A DNA stretch of 63,778 nt, filler included, from Welwitschia mirabilis (Eukaryota): NCBI GenBank assembly GCA_051453625.1. It is 4 parts of one record of this genome, joined end to end, with 100 filler letters (N's around TTAATTAATTAA, not from the genome) between each part and the next. Parts side by side here need not be neighbours in the genome. Positions count along the whole stretch, not along the records: positions 1 to 28,810 come from JBOZIK010000001.1; 3 more parts are not named here. One strand, 5' to 3'. The notes beneath the pieces are model-generated. The model was not told where the DNA came from. It saw only the letters and a list, made by a program, of their open reading frames with translations, and did no database searches. This document shows positions 1-13,872 of this stretch, one piece after another. How positions within the stretch are numbered: position 1 is the stretch's first letter; the number at the start of each line of letters is the position of its first letter. The translations under genes and the position numbers were made by a program.

Positions 1-440
1 AGAAACTGAGCATTTATCTATTAGTTTATCTGCAAAACAACTCAAAATACCCTATCAAATACACTTAAGTTGGCGTCATAACATAGTCTCATTAATGGTA
101 TAGGTATTACGAGTATCCTTCATTAAGGTTAACAATAGTATTTTAAGAACCATTTTGCATTGCACTTTATTTGACTAACTTGATAGCCCAAGTTGGTCTT
201 GGCTAGTGACAATTTCCCTAGCTGATCTAGGTTAGATTGCATTTGCATTATCTTGCATATTTATTTTACTACATAGTTTTTAAGTTTCAAATATGATTAT
301 CTTTTAAAAATCAATTCTCCTTCTTCTCTCACATGCCTTCAGTGGGTTTATGACATTTGGGTCACTCCCATCTATACTATAGTGTCATATGTTGTAATAT
401 ATATTTTTATTAATAAGATTGAGTAAGACATAAAGGACTA
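1..440 (+). mobile_element. Probable 3' end of an Athila-like Gypsy LTR (degenerate)
   Basis: Layout resembles the tail of the LTR at 20161-21283: a GCATT-rich tract, then 'CATCTATACTATAGTGTCATATG' versus 'CATCCTATACTATCATGTATTATG'. Judged by eye; boundaries approximate. Confidence 0.35.
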
Positions 441-1990
441 CAAAAATATGCACCACAACATACCTCCATTGTGTATACCCTCTCTACCTCCACTATGTAT
501 ATCCTTTCTACCTCCCTCTTATGCAAAGCCTCTTCATGTGCCATTATTGTAATACTATCCTTTCTAGATACTGCCACATTGAGCTTTTTTTGGGACATCT
601 ATCACTCCTCAAACATATTAATGTATAAGATGATAGGCTTATGAGGGTCCAAGTGAGATCTCTTAGCACCCATCTAAGAAGCACCACACTCTGCCAATCA
701 CATCCTTATTATTTTATGCCATCTAGACCTTCTCTACCCATGATAGTAATGATGATAGTAAGAAGAAGAAGCATACATTATACTAATTACTCTACTCTTA
801 CAAATTAGCTCTTTTTATTTATTATTCAAAAAAGGGAATAAGTAATGGTAAATTAGTTGTAAATTAATTAGACACATTAGTTTTAACTCAGACATTCTAT
901 TGGACATAGAGAACTTGACTATGAAATAATGGATTAGATCCTTAAGTGATATTATTATTTATTAATGGTTATTCTTGGCTATTTAGCACAAATTATCATG
1001 CCTTGTTATTTCTTCCATTGTTGTTATTTATCACATTTTATTAGCACACTTTATCTATTAGCATTTTCATGCTTTATTGTCATTTCTTGTTAGCACATTT
1101 TTATGATCTTTAACATTATGTATTGGTTGGGATAATTAAAATACTATCTCTGATTCTGTTATGAGCATATCACTATGAGTACTTTTTGATTGGTTAATTT
1201 TTATCTTTCATAAATGAAATTACTCAATGCAAATATGCCTTTCTTATAATCTTTACATGGTTATTCAAATGGATAAAATCATGATTTTTCAATATCATTG
1301 CAAAGTATGTTTATGTGATTCTCTATCTTAAATATGAATATCTTAATTCAATGGATTAAATGTGGTTGCACTAATGCGATTTTCCAAGTGTTAAATATCA
1401 TCAAAAAAGGGAATATTGTTTGGAAATCTAGTTTTCATGATTTTTACTTGTCAAATATTTTGTGTCATTATGTAGATAGCAAAATGCAAATAAAATCTCA
1501 CACAAAGCTTAGAATTAAAATTGCTAAATTAGTTAACTAAATACATCTATAAAATGGAAGACGTCCATAGGTAAAGACATCTAAACTCTTGAAGACATCT
1601 ATGATGAAGACATCTATAGCTTAAAGATGTCCATGATGATGTATTTCATTAGTTTTTATCTTTTTAATGTTCTATCATTTCAATTTTTTTTGTGTTTTTC
1701 GAAAACCTTGCATCCAAAACATTTTGTATAGATCTTGTAAATCTCAAAATGTTTTTTCAAACCGTAACTCTGAAAATAAGTAGTTCCACTACCATCCCTT
1801 ACTAATGCCATTGGCCCTTCTCCAAATCAACCCCTCAAAATTTAATTGAATCCTCTATTGAATATTGAAAACCTATTTATCTTTTGAGTCCCTTTTGAGA
1901 CTTTTTTGAGTCTTAGATGAATTGCATCTATGATGAATTAGGTCATTTAATTAGAGTATCTTCCAATAAAAACATGAATCCTAACACTGG
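441..1990 (+). mobile_element. 3' remnant of a Copia (SIRE-like) element: 3' internal region, PPT and start of the LTR
   Basis: 'CATCAAAAAAGGGAATAT|TGTT' at 1399-1420 resembles the Copia/SIRE PPT-LTR junction (AAAAAGGGGGAGATTGTT), with the LTR TG at 1417. A second PPT-like tract lies at ~828-840, and a GAAGACATCT-like motif repeats at ~1556-1635. End coordinate approximate. Confidence 0.45.
461..517. repeat. 24-bp tandem repeat, ~2.5 copies
   Basis: TACCTCCATTGTGTATACCCTCTC / TACCTCCACTATGTATATCCTTTC / TACCTCC. Confidence 0.7.
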
Positions 1991-2379
1991 TAGCAATGAT
2001 AATTAAAGACCATCATCAAGAAACCAATTCCATTAACACATCCATGGAGAATAACCTTTATAAAAATGTAATTCAAATGCCTAATCTACATTTTAAAGTC
2101 TATTTTACAACAACAACATATCTTAATAAAATGAAGAATTGTTAGAAAACCTACAAGCTTGCTACATTAATTAGTAAGTAGCTTAGAACCTAATACATCA
2201 TATACCTAATTAAACTTTTCTAATAATTTCCCTAGATAAACCCTTTAAGATTATTTATGACCCCAATTCTTAAGTACTCCATTATGCATAGTCTAACTAT
2301 CAATATCACAAAGACTAGATTTTAAGCCTTTATTTATGTATTACTCCATTTCTATAGCTTAGAATTAAAAGATCCCTAC

Positions 2380-4330
2380 CTACACCTAAATAAATTTGAA
2401 TGCATTCCAGTCACCTTACCATAGTTATCTAATATCATAGATGATCTATTTCTCAAGAAAAAAGCTAACTCTTGGATCTATGCCCTTAAACCTTTATTCA
2501 ATAGGACTTGAATTGACCTTAATAAAGCTATTATTCCAAAGTTCTTTCTAAGTTATAAAACCAATGATGTAAGAGAAGAAATCATGAAGTACCAATAGAA
2601 GGATCATGAGACCTTCTTGTAAATGTTAGAGAAGTATAAATACTTACTTTAGAAATGTCCCTAATATGAATTTGAGTTAGTTAGAGTAATTAGTTTCTTT
2701 TATGATAGATTATCATAAAATAATAGGTCACTAGTAGAAATGATGAGTAGGAGTAAATTTATAAATTTTCCCTTAAATGAAGTTTAATATTACTTTAAAT
2801 TAGTAGTCAAAGGTTTTAGAAACTGAAAGAAACTAATTGAAGCATCTACCTCCTAGCATTTCATCATATTAACTAGTATTTTTAAGGTGTCTAATAATTT
2901 TGAGGTTAATAACCAAATTGATAAACTATCAAGAAGAGTATAATCCCTTTCCACTTTACCTAAACCTTAACCTTCAAACTCAAATGCCTCATCTACCAAA
3001 TAGACTTGCATGAAATAGCTCAGTATTCTTTCATACCCATTTTTCAAAATACAGTAAATAAACAAGCCACTACCATAGGACATTAATGGTATAGTAACAA
3101 AAATAAACCATATTAAAATACCTATAGCCTTGGGTAAAAGAACCATGCTAATTTATCTTGGAAATAAAATAACTCATACAATCAAATCTATATTAGTCAA
3201 CTAAGAAACACATTTTCATCTTTTTTCTCTCATAATTATCTATTAAACTAATCATAATTCTTATTATCTAATTCATTGGAGGAATCATTAAGAAAATTTA
3301 TGGAAACTCAAGCCTAACTCAACCTTAATCATCAACAAACTTTTAAATAACTTACTTCCTCCTTAAACAAACTTGAATAGAACTTCTAGTAATTTTCAGA
3401 TAGTACAAGAATATCAGCAAACTCAAAATTATATTTTCTCCTCTTTGAATCAAAAGTAACTTCATAAACTTCCTATAAACTCATATCTAAATCTACTAGA
3501 AATTAAAACTATAGAAGTATTAGAACCTAATCAAATAAAAGAAACCAATGTTATTCACATCAGAAGTGGGAAAGAGTTAAACAAGTAAACTAATAAAAAT
3601 CAAACTAATGAAAAACCAAAATTCAAAAATAAAAATGAGAAAGATAAAATAGTAGAGAAATTAGAAAATCCTTTGCCTAGTTACTGAGGAGATCTATCCT
3701 TCTCTCAATAACTTAGGAAGAAAAACATTATGAATAAATAACTGGAAGCTATAGAAGTTTTTTAAAAAGTTAAAATTAACATAATTTTATTAGTATCCAT
3801 TAAATAAATCCATTCTTATGTGAAATTACTTAAAGATATCTATATAATTAAGAGGAAAATGCATGTTAAAAAGAAAGCCTATCTAGCCCAAAAAATTAGT
3901 AAGATCATACATAATCAGATTCACCCATAATGTAAAGATCCTAAGTAATTGACAATATCTATTATACTTGGAGATGAACATCTTAGGAAAGCCTTATTGG
4001 ATCTTGAACTGATCCTAAACCTTTTACCCCATTTATTTTACAATAAACCTGTCTAAATAACCTTAAAAAGATAAAAACCCAATTGCAATTAATGGGTAAT
4101 TCATTGAAATAATCACTAGGAATTATTAATTATTTTAAGTAGACAATTACTACTTTCTGATAGATTTCATTGTGTTAGAAATGAATTCAGAAAAGCATAA
4201 TTTAGTTTTGTTTATTTTAGGTAAACCATTTCTACCAACTTAAAACACTCTTATTAATTGTAGAGATAGTCTAATAAAAATGTCATTTAGTAACATAACA
4301 ATGGACTTGAATGCTTTTAGGACTATTCAA
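2380..4330 (+). pseudogene. Degenerate Athila-like Gypsy gag + aspartic protease
   Basis: Manual translation gives KKKANSWIYALKP (gag), VIHIRSGKEL (cf. AITLRSGKEL), FKKVKINIILLVSIK*IHSYVKLLKDI, CKDP..LTISIILGDEHLRKALLDL (protease catalytic region) and ILGKPFLPT*NTLINCRDSLIKMSFSNITMDLNAF. Many stops and frameshifts. No RT follows. Confidence 0.85.
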
Positions 4331-5893
4331 TTACTAGGAAATATTAATAATGTTTATTTTATTTATAAAGTTCATAATATTAATCCTTCTCAAAGAAAAT
4401 TCTTGTTCTTCTCATGATTATTTTAATGCTTTGGAGTCATTTTTTAAAGAATTATCAGAGAAGCATATAAATGCTACGAGTTAGATTACATCTAATTATG
4501 AATGTCTAGACTCTTATATTTTTACTTCTTATACTCTTTCAAAATTCTTATATTTATGTATAGTAGCATCCCATGAAAGTTTTGTCCATCCCTATCCTTC
4601 TTTTGGATAACCAATGAATGGAACTTGATGATCTTAAAATTTTTGAATCTTCTATTTACATTCCTTTAAAAACCCTCTTTACAGTAGGAATTTCTAAAAT
4701 AGAACTAATCCATTGATGTTTTCCTATCAAGGATCATGAACATCATCACCCATTAAATCCTTTCACATATTCCTTACATTTCCAAATCATCTTATTAAAT
4801 ACGCCAATCATCCATTCCTTCATGCATCCATAAGTTATTAAAACTTTATGACCCTGGTTAGTGATCCTTAATAAATAAACCATTAATAAGTGTATCATCT
4901 TATTAGTATAAGTTTAGGTAGAACTTAAGTTTACCTCTATTTTTCAAGAAAAAATTATTCTTGTTTTTTAGTTAACTTGTTAAGATTAGTTTCATTTAAG
5001 ATTTACAATTTTTAAAAAATATGGTTGAAAAAGGTAGAATCTACATTTATACTATGTTCTTTCTTTTTGAAAATTTTATAAGAACAAGATGTTATTGGCT
5101 AATGAACCTTCTTATGTGCCTAAAAATGATAAATATAAGAAGAAGATATTTATTCTTTAAAAGTGCATTTTATTCTAATTAAATTATTAGGTTTAATTAA
5201 CTATATTAGGGCTATGGATTCTCACTGCTAATGTAGCTTTAACATTTTATTTATGACATAATCAATTGCATTAGTCTAAATACACTCACTAGTAATGAAA
5301 CACTAATTTGTTCAAGCAATAACATGCTTAATTTTGTTGGAATAAAAAGTCATAATACAGGTTGCTTCCTTTGATTTAAATACTTAAAACAAGAAACATG
5401 TATGATTGTGTAAAAGGTAAGTTAGAGAAAGAAAAGGTGGGATTTGGAAATGCTTATGTGTTTTCTTTCCTTAAACTATGTCTTGAAAGTTTGCTTACTA
5501 ATTTTTAAATTTTTATAGATTTACTTAAAGAATATCTCATTTGTTTGACATTGTAACCCTTATAAATAAAATAAAAAAATTATTAATTTCAAAAAAATGA
5601 CCATTAACTTAGGTTTTTCTATCTTTTGCATTCTTAGAATTATGATTAGTGTGTGTTTAGCATTACCTTTTTACATTTATTTTACCCAACTGTATTGTTA
5701 ATTTTTAGCATTTAGTCTTATGAGAAAATACACCCACAATTATAATTGTATTTCTTTTGACATGATTTCTTGATTCATTTAATGATTCATATCTTAAAAA
5801 TCCAAGTAACTAATAAACCTAAATGATCTAATGGTTCAAATTTACCCTTATCTTTATAACAATCTATATCCTATTAGGATTTTAAATCTCCTT

Positions 5894-6350
5894 TGCACAA
5901 AATATCCAAGAACTAGGAGAAATTTTTAGTAAGCACAAAGGAATAATCATTTATATTATCTCAACATTTACATTATGATTAAGGGATTCAAATATCCTTA
6001 TAACATAATAAAAGTAAAAAAAATAGATAATGAAAATATAAATTAGAAATTGGGTTTAATCATCATTCAAAAAGAAAATGAGGAAGTTAATCATCCAAAT
6101 AAAATTCAATAAACCCCCACTTGATGACAAATATAAGAATTAGATTATCATCACAAGTAAAGTACTAGAACATGCCTCTAGCATAGCAATCCATATAAAA
6201 TTTACTAATTTAAGTATGACCTAACCATTATGAAGTGGACTAATCATGATAATTTAAATTAACCATGATATTATATACTAACCATAACAATGTAGACCAA
6301 CCACAATGATACGAACTAACCATGATAATGTGGACTAATCAAAATAAGGG
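5894..6350 (-). mobile_element. 3' end of a Copia-derived element (20-bp tandem array, PPT, ~220-bp LTR), minus strand
   Basis: The reverse complement aligns by eye with 7525-8059, including GCTATGCTAGAGGCAT and TGATGATAATCTAATTCTT. The PPT ATCAAGTGGGGGTT precedes the LTR start at ~6111. Confidence 0.75.
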
Positions 6351-6719
6351 ATAAATCCAAAGAAATAAGACACATCTAGAGTCATAGATGGAATACACCC
6401 AAAAATTTAAATAGGATATACCTAAAAATGGAACTAGCCTAAGAATTTTTTATATAAAACAATATTATAACAAATGTCATATGTTACTTCTTATAGTATT
6501 ATTTTCACATGAAATTACATAGCATGTGATTAGTTAGGACAAGATCCAACCTTAGATTTTAGTAATTAGTCATTACTCAGTTGGAGGATAGGAAGCTAGA
6601 ACATATTTAATCCTCTAAGAAAATTAGTGTCATAAGAATAAAACTTAAGTTGGGAGGATCTTGTGAAGATGTTTTGAAACTAACTTTTAAAAAAAAGAAC
6701 TATTAAGCTAAAGAGGAAA

Positions 6720-7500
6720 AGATTGATTCACTTAGCAGGATAAGAAGAAAATCATAAGTAAAAACATTGAAAATTTTAATGGAAATAATTTTTACACATG
6801 GCAAGTAAAAATACAACTTTTCTTATCAATAAAGATATGTGAAAAGTGACAAGTGATAAAGTATCAAATCCAATAAAAGATTTAGAGAAAATTGATAATA
6901 AAAAAGATGATGATTAAGAAGCCCTTTTTATAATTGGACTTGGTCTTTAGAATGGTTATAGTAACTTAGGTAAAAGTTCAAAATAATTTTGGGATGACTT
7001 GTGCAAATTATTTTATTCAAGTGGAAATGAAGCTAAGTAAGAACTAAAGCATTCACTTTATAGTTTCAGAATGGAGGATTTAGGAGATATGAATCAATGT
7101 GAAAATAATTTTAGATCACTTTTGTCATAACTTATTATNNNNNNNNNNNNNNNNNNNNNNNNNNNNNNNNNNNNNNNNNNNNNNNNNNNNNNNNNNNNNN
7201 NNNNNNNNNNNNNNNNNNNNNNNNNNNNNNNNNNNNNNNNNNNNNNNNNNNNNNNNNNNNNNNNNNNNNNNNNNNNNNNNNNNNNNNNNNNNNNNNNNNN
7301 NGCTAAAAGGTAGAATTCTGAGAAAAAGGACATAAAAGATAATAAAAAAAAGGATAAAGTGCTATTATTATAATAAATAAGATCTTGTAGCAATAAACTA
7401 CTTTCAATAAGTAAACGATCTACTTAATGAAAAATTAAAGACTTTAGGGATGATGCAAAAAATAAGTAAAGAAGAAGAAATTTTTAAAGATACAACTTCA
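6720..7500 (+). pseudogene. Copia-type gag remnant (spans an N gap)
   Basis: IENFNGNNFYTWQVKIQL..INKDM*KVTS matches the Copia gag N-terminus. The decayed Zn knuckle IKCYYYNK*DLVAINY and GATCTACTTAATGAAAAATT match the gag at 15554-16378. Confidence 0.75.
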
Positions 7501-7524
7501 AGTTTTTAAAGGTTATATTTATTA

Positions 7525-7700
7525 CTTATCATGGTTAGTTCACATTGTCATGATTAGTTCATATTATCATGGTTAGTCCACATTATCATGTTAGTCCATA
7601 TTATCGAGGTTAGTCTACATTATCATGGTTAGTCCATATTATCATGATTAGTCCACATTATCATAGTTAGTCCACTTTGTAATGGTTAATCCATACTTGA
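7525..7700 (+). repeat. 20-bp tandem array (consensus ATTATCATGGTTAGTCCAC/T), ~8 copies
   Basis: Directly visible. An inverted, more degenerate counterpart lies at ~6220-6345. Confidence 0.9.
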
Positions 7701-7784
7701 TATCATCAATTCTATATGGAATGCTATGCTAGAGGCATATTGTAATACTTTCATTTTGATGATAATCTAATTCTTAAATTTTTC

Positions 7785-8059
7785 ATTAAGGGGAAATTTG
7801 TTAGATTTCATTTAGATATTCAATGCCCTCATTCATTTTTTGAATGGTGGCTAGAATCATCTCCTAATTTATCTCCCCCATTATCCATCCTTTTCTATTT
7901 TTTTAATATTGTAGTGGTATTCAAACTTCTCTGATGTGGAAAAATAATGCAAAAATGATGATGTAATTGTTTCTTATTAATAAGATATTTTTGTTATTAT
8001 AATTATATAATTTAGATGATATTCAATATTTCTCTTTAGTACTTGGATTACTATACTAG
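7785..8059 (+). mobile_element. PPT + ~260-bp 3' LTR of the gag-bearing element
   Basis: ATTAAGGGGAAATT|TGTTAGA junction at ~7785-7805. Homology to the inverted copy ends near TTTCTCTTTAGTACTTGGAT. Confidence 0.65.
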
Positions 8060-10189
8060 CTAGTTAATATACTCATTAGTTAATAGGTTAGTTAGTTAGT
8101 ATGTTAGGAAGTTAACATTTTTTTTAAAAAAAATTTAATGAAATTGGAAATTTCATTACTATTAGAAAAGAGTAGATTATAACCTTACCAAAAATAAAAA
8201 TAAATTGGGGTAAACTAATTTTTGATCCCCTAAGAGCAACTAGATTAAGGCAGTATCTAAGCAACATAAGCCACCTGATGAAATAGCATTTCAAGACTAG
8301 GTTAAAAGATTCTTCCTTTATTCTGGTTAAGAAATTAGTACCAATTATCAAAACCTATTGCCTAGTGCAAATTTGATCCTTCTGTGTGCTACCTATTGAG
8401 ACTTTTTTACTAGGAGCAGATCTAAACTTAGAGGGATCCAAATCTGAAGAGAGTCTATATCTTGATCTAACTGAAGCAGTAAGATATTCACGTAGAACGT
8501 ATAATGAGAATCTGGTTATTTACTGATTCAACATTATAAAGGAGTGGTAGATGTGAGGAAATACTAGAGCTGAAGCTGATAAGGAAAGGATAAGAAAGAT
8601 ATTATGATCTCTTACTTTAAGAGAGTAGATGCAAAACACACTATGCCTAGCTTGAGATCAAGGTCTAAAGAGTGGCTACCACAGGGGACTATATTTTGTC
8701 TCTTCCATGGCCTCTTGTCTTTATGAACATCCTTCCTAAGCTCAATATCTTCTTAAGTGTCCAAGTGAATGGTGTTTCAAATAAGCCCCATGGTCATAAT
8801 GCATAAGAAAAAGTAAGAGATTTATTTTTCACCTGCTTACTTTCAGCCCTAGTTCGCAAGAAAGATAATCATGAAAGGATCTAAACATATAGATTAGTAT
8901 GTTAGCATGTTGAGTTGTATCATTGTGTTATAGGTACAAAATGCCATTTGGCATGAGGATGAGGAAGAAGATCAAGGTGGTAAAAACATAGCAATAACTT
9001 CAACCATAAATCTATTCTTCAAGAGCAAAAAAAGGAAACAAAAAAACAAAAATGGATAAAGGGTATAAGTAGGGGATCACCATGGAAAAGAAGGATCTTT
9101 TAGTAAAAAGGCTTTAGAAATAGAACTAATCAATAGATCAAAGAAAAGCTTCAAACATCCTGAAAAGGATGCAACAGCATCTCTAATGTTCTAATATTAC
9201 CTGCAAAGGAAAACACAAACTTATCAGTATATTTCTATGTAATATTCTAGTATTTTAATATAAACTAAAAAGCTAATATTTTGAGTAGTATTGTGAATGT
9301 GTTTAATTACTTCAAAAAGTAATATTATTTTTATTGCTCTTGTTTGTGTAACTAAACATGAATTAGGATAATTATCAATACTTTTCGAAGTATTATTTAA
9401 CATTAAATAAAACTTATATTATGTTTTTTCCATTTTCTTAATTTCCCATAATGTAATATATGCATATAACAAATTTTAGTAATTANNNNNNNNNNNNNNN
9501 NNNNNNNNNNNNNNNNNNNNNNNNNNNNNNNNNNNNNNNNNNNNNNNNNNNNNNNNNNNNNNNNNNNNNNNNNNNNNNNNNNNNNNNNNNNNNNNNNNNN
9601 NNNNNNNNNNNNNNNNNNNNNNNNNNNNNNNNNNNNNNNNNNNNNNNNNNNNNNNNNNNNNNNNNNNNNNNNNNNNNNNNNNNNNNNNNNNNNNNNNNNN
9701 NNNNNNNNNNNNNNNNNNNNNNNNNNNNNNNNNNNNNNNNNNNNNNNNNNNNNNNNNNNNNNNNNNNNNNNNNNNNNNNNNNNNNNNNNNNNNNNNNNNN
9801 NNNNNNNNNNNNNNNNNNNNNNNNNNNNNNNNNNNNNNNNNNNNNNNNNNNNNNNNNNNNNNNNNNNNNNNNNNNNNNNNNNNNNNNNNNNNNNNNNNNN
9901 NNNNNNNNNNNNNNNNNNNNNNNNNNNNNNNNNNNNNNNNNNNNNNNNNNNNNNNNNNNNNNNNNNNNNNNNNNNNNNNNNNNNNNNNNNNNNNNNNNNN
10001 NNNNNNNNNNNNNNNNNNNNNNNNNNNNNNNNNNNNNNNNNNNNNNNNNNNNNNNNNNNNNNNNNNNNNNNNNNNNNNNNNNNNNNNNNNNNNNNNNNNN
10101 NNNNNNNNNNNNNNNNNNNNNNNNNNNNNNNNNNNNNNNNNNNNNAATGTTATGATCTTAAATGTTAAATCATTATCTCTATTTAACAA

Positions 10190-10507
10190 GCCTATTTGCA
10201 CTTTAAAAATCTAAGATCCTTCATATCTTACATGAATTATGTTATGAATCTCATTTCTAAATGCATTTCTTAAATGTAACATGGAATTCTTTCACTTTCT
10301 CTCTCTTCCTATTTGTCATTCCTTTGTTTTTCTATATTTTAATACTAATTTTTTAGAAAATGAGTGGAATGTAAGGGGCCTTCACTAAGGAAGGAATTTT
10401 TGACTCATTTCTAGATATGTTTGCTCCGTTCTACCTTATAAGGATTAAAATAATAGAATGAAATGGTGCTGAAATATTTCAATGTATTCCACTATCCAAA
10501 ACAAGTT
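10190..10507. mobile_element. Possible degenerate Tourist/PIF-like MITE
   Basis: The right end TATTCCACTATCCAAAACAAG resembles a Tourist-type terminus, and internal GGAAT/ATTCC motifs are present. The left terminus is only weakly seen (GCCTATTTG). Confidence 0.25.
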
Positions 10508-13500
10508 CTTGAATTTTACAAAAATGCTACATTTGATGATGAAGACCCTTGGGTAATTCATTCTCATATACACTACACTTTATTTTTCATATATTTAGTT
10601 GATTTTGAAGTTATTTTAAAAGTAAAATATTTATAAAATCTTCCATTATTTTATTAAAACTTTAGAATACTATTGTCATTCTTTGAATGTAAACTACACA
10701 CCTAATTAATAAGTTGTCCTATCATGTAAGTTTTTACATAATAACTAGCTTGCATTATTTAGATTTATCATCTATAATGTATTGCCCTATCACATGTCAT
10801 AGATGCCTATGGTCGCCATTTAGATTCCATTAAAATAATCTAGAAATATAAACATTTTTACATAGTGAGATTTTTATTTAGAACCATTATAAATCATTTA
10901 GGATATAAGACTAACCTTCCATTATCTTACCTGTTTTCTAAACAACCCAAAATATGGGGGAGTATTGTGAATTCCTTTACAGTTGTTTTGGAAATCAAAG
11001 GTTCTAAATACCATTTAGACAAATAATAAAATTTTATCCCTTTGCCTCACCATGCTGCTAGCAACATGGTTAGGAAAACAAGAAATGGGATCCTATCAAC
11101 TTGTTCCGACCTAGGATAATAAGCTTATGAGCTTGGTCTTACTTCACGCAATGAGTGAAAACCTTCGCTTAGCTCAGATGTGGCTCATGGATGTATAGTC
11201 AAATATTAATAGAGATATTACATAGAAACCATTACTTCCCAAAATATTAGCCAACTTCAAAAGTGCAATAATATAGACTGGTTCCTAGGGCAACAATAAG
11301 AGCAACATAAGAAGCAGTAGCAGCTTAGGCAAGAAGAAAGCATTTAGCTTAAACAAGAATGGAGTTACATATTTTACTTCATATGTAACTCCAGCAACTC
11401 ACTAAAAAGGCAAGAAGCCTATTGTAAAAACTTCTTGGCCTTCTTCTTCTTATCCTTTCCCTCATCCTTCACATTCTTCCTTTTATTTACCTAGGAAAAC
11501 ATTTCTAGAATATGTATCATGTGAATACAAAATTTGGATTGGCAAGTTATGAAATAAAATGAATAACGTTTCTAGATGAAAAAAGGACGTCTCTCATAAA
11601 TAACAATAAATGAATGAAAAGCTATAACACTTAGCTTTTCATTAAATAATCATTCAATTGAAATTGCATTTTTTATATGCATTAGAGTGTGTTATATTAA
11701 AGGGTTTCATAAGTTTATTTCATTAAAATATTTTTCATTATAATGTTTTCCTTATTAAAATGGTTACATTAAAATGTTTTCATAGCTAAAGTATAATAAA
11801 AAGAGATGTAATAAAAAAATTTATTTTTAACACTTTAGCACATTATCAAAAGATTTATTAATTTTTTTTATAAAAATGCTGAGAATAAAATTAAGTTTTA
11901 ATTAAAGAGTATGACATCCATTTTTCAAAGAATCTTTTGGATGATGTCATATTTTTCAAAACTTGGCTAAACATTTTCAAAAATTACATTAGTTTCATAC
12001 TTAAAGAATTTTTTCTTAGAATTTTTCCATGTTAAATTATTTCTTTTTAATACTTTTTTCTAAGAGTCTAGTAAAACTCTACTTAGGATTTACGTTAACA
12101 TGTAAAACTTAACATTTAGACCAAGTTTATTTGATTAATTTTNNNNNNNNNNNNNNNNNNNNNNNNNNNNNNNNNNNNNNNNNNNNNNNNNNNNNNNNNN
12201 NNNNNNNNNNNNNNNNNNNNNNNNNNNNNNNNNNNNNNNNNNAACATTTAGACCAAGTTTATTTGATTAATTTTGCTTTAGTAAAGGTACTAAAATAGTC
12301 ATTTCATCATAAAATTATGTCTTCTAACATTTTTAACATTATTTATGAAGATATGAACTTTTTTATGATATTTTTAGATTATTTACTACATTTTGAAGAC
12401 TTACTGATAAATGAAGTTTATTTAGAAAAATACATTCATGCTATTATGGAGAAAAATAGTTCAAAAGCTATGTTATCAAATTGTCATGAAAAAGTGATAA
12501 GATCATAGTTGTATATTTAATTATTTATCACATTAAAAACAAATGGTCATATTAATAACACATGATAGTGATGTAAGTAACACATGAAACTAACATATGT
12601 TAGTGGCATATGTGATGACACCAAGAACACATGATGAAAGTACTAGATGATATAATCATCTTAATCCAATGGCCACGTCATAACCATTTTCACAAGAAAA
12701 CAAAAAGCCTATCTAAGANNNNNNNNNNTTGTAATCATCTAAATTCTAACCATCAAAATTGTAAGAAGTGCCAACTACTATAAGCCAAAGTCGCCTAACA
12801 TTTTTAACCTTTCCTTTTCCTATAAAAGGATGTTAAGACCTCATTTTTAAAAACCTTTAGTTGTGAAAATTATTTGGAATACTTATAATATCATAGTCAA
12901 GGCCTCATTTGTAGAGATCTGCGATTGGTGAAAGTAATTGAAATTCTTAGAGCATCACAGTTAACACAGATTTCTAAGCACCTACTTTTACCTACTTTAA
13001 GAGAGTACTTACTTTAAGCTTAGTTTAAGAAGTATTTGTTAGCTTCAACTTCTTTTTTTGATGTAATGTATTTTTCTATTTTACTAAAAGAGTAGTTGTT
13101 TATTTTTTATTTTAAGTCATGATTAGCATTGTACAGTAATGCTTAAATGGAACTACCTTATTAAGTTCTTTTAGTAATCAAGTGGATTTTTTAAGTTTGC
13201 TTACTAGTTCTAGTTATTTTCATTTTATGAATCTTGAGTACATTGATCCTTACTTTCCATGCTCATGAAAGGATATAAAGAACCAAAGTAAATATTAAAT
13301 TCATCAATACTTATGTGATGAATAGAATTATGCTACCATAACCCAATCCATCATTACTTGATATTTTAAGATTCATTTTAGGAATTTATAGGATATTGTT
13401 GAAGTAAAGGTGTGTTATTGGACAAGTCAAGCTAAACGTTTGAAGTTAATTCATTTTCCTACTTTACTGATTGAAGTACATCATAATATCAACTCTTAGT

Positions 13501-13617
13501 TTTTTAATTTATTTTGATTTCATTATAAGTTTGATAATTTTGTATTTCTTTTCTTAAGACTCTACCTTGATTTATCCTTATGGAAGAACAATGTATTTTC
13601 CTAGTTTTATTGAAGTT

Positions 13618-13858
13618 TGTAAAGAATACTTTTGAATAAGTATCAACGGGAATGCCCACAACACCATTCTTAAGTTAATTTGTTATTGTTTTCTTTATTA
13701 AAGAATTTTATTCAATTGTCAAGGATTTGATCAAATCTGTTATTATTAGTTTGTATTAAATTATGTAACGGTTTTAATGTATTAAAGACCATGGCTATTT
13801 TCTGAGATTCATCCTTTACCCTACTTACTACTGTGGAAACTGAAGATCTCTAACTTCA
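13618..13858 (+). repeat. 5' LTR (241 bp)
   Basis: Direct repeat of 16620-16861; starts TGTAAAGAATAC and ends CTCTAACTTCA. Confidence 0.92.
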
Positions 13859-13860
13859 AT

Positions 13861-13872
13861 TGGTATTAGAGC
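13861..13872 (+). promoter_or_regulatory. Primer-binding site, tRNA-iMet type
   Basis: TGGTATTAGAGC versus canonical TGGTATCAGAGC, 2 nt after the LTR CA. Confidence 0.9.

Noticed and set aside
7525..7700. Regular 20-bp array as a possible CRISPR
   Set aside because: Units are contiguous with no unique spacers, there are no cas genes, and the array lies inside a plant retroelement.
8200..9250. Splice-site-like motifs and moderate GC suggesting host exons (also 11030-11500)
   Set aside because: No sustained open frame or recognisable protein motif on either strand by manual translation.
9460..10201. Long ORFs in the track made of X (also 37777-38742, 39653-40618, 47988-48684)
   Set aside because: Artefacts of translating N gaps and TG repeats.
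12111..12275. Direct repeats flanking N gaps (also 39292-39537 and 62504-62691)
   Set aside because: Near-identical sequence on both sides of a ~100-N gap is typical of unmerged contig overlaps.
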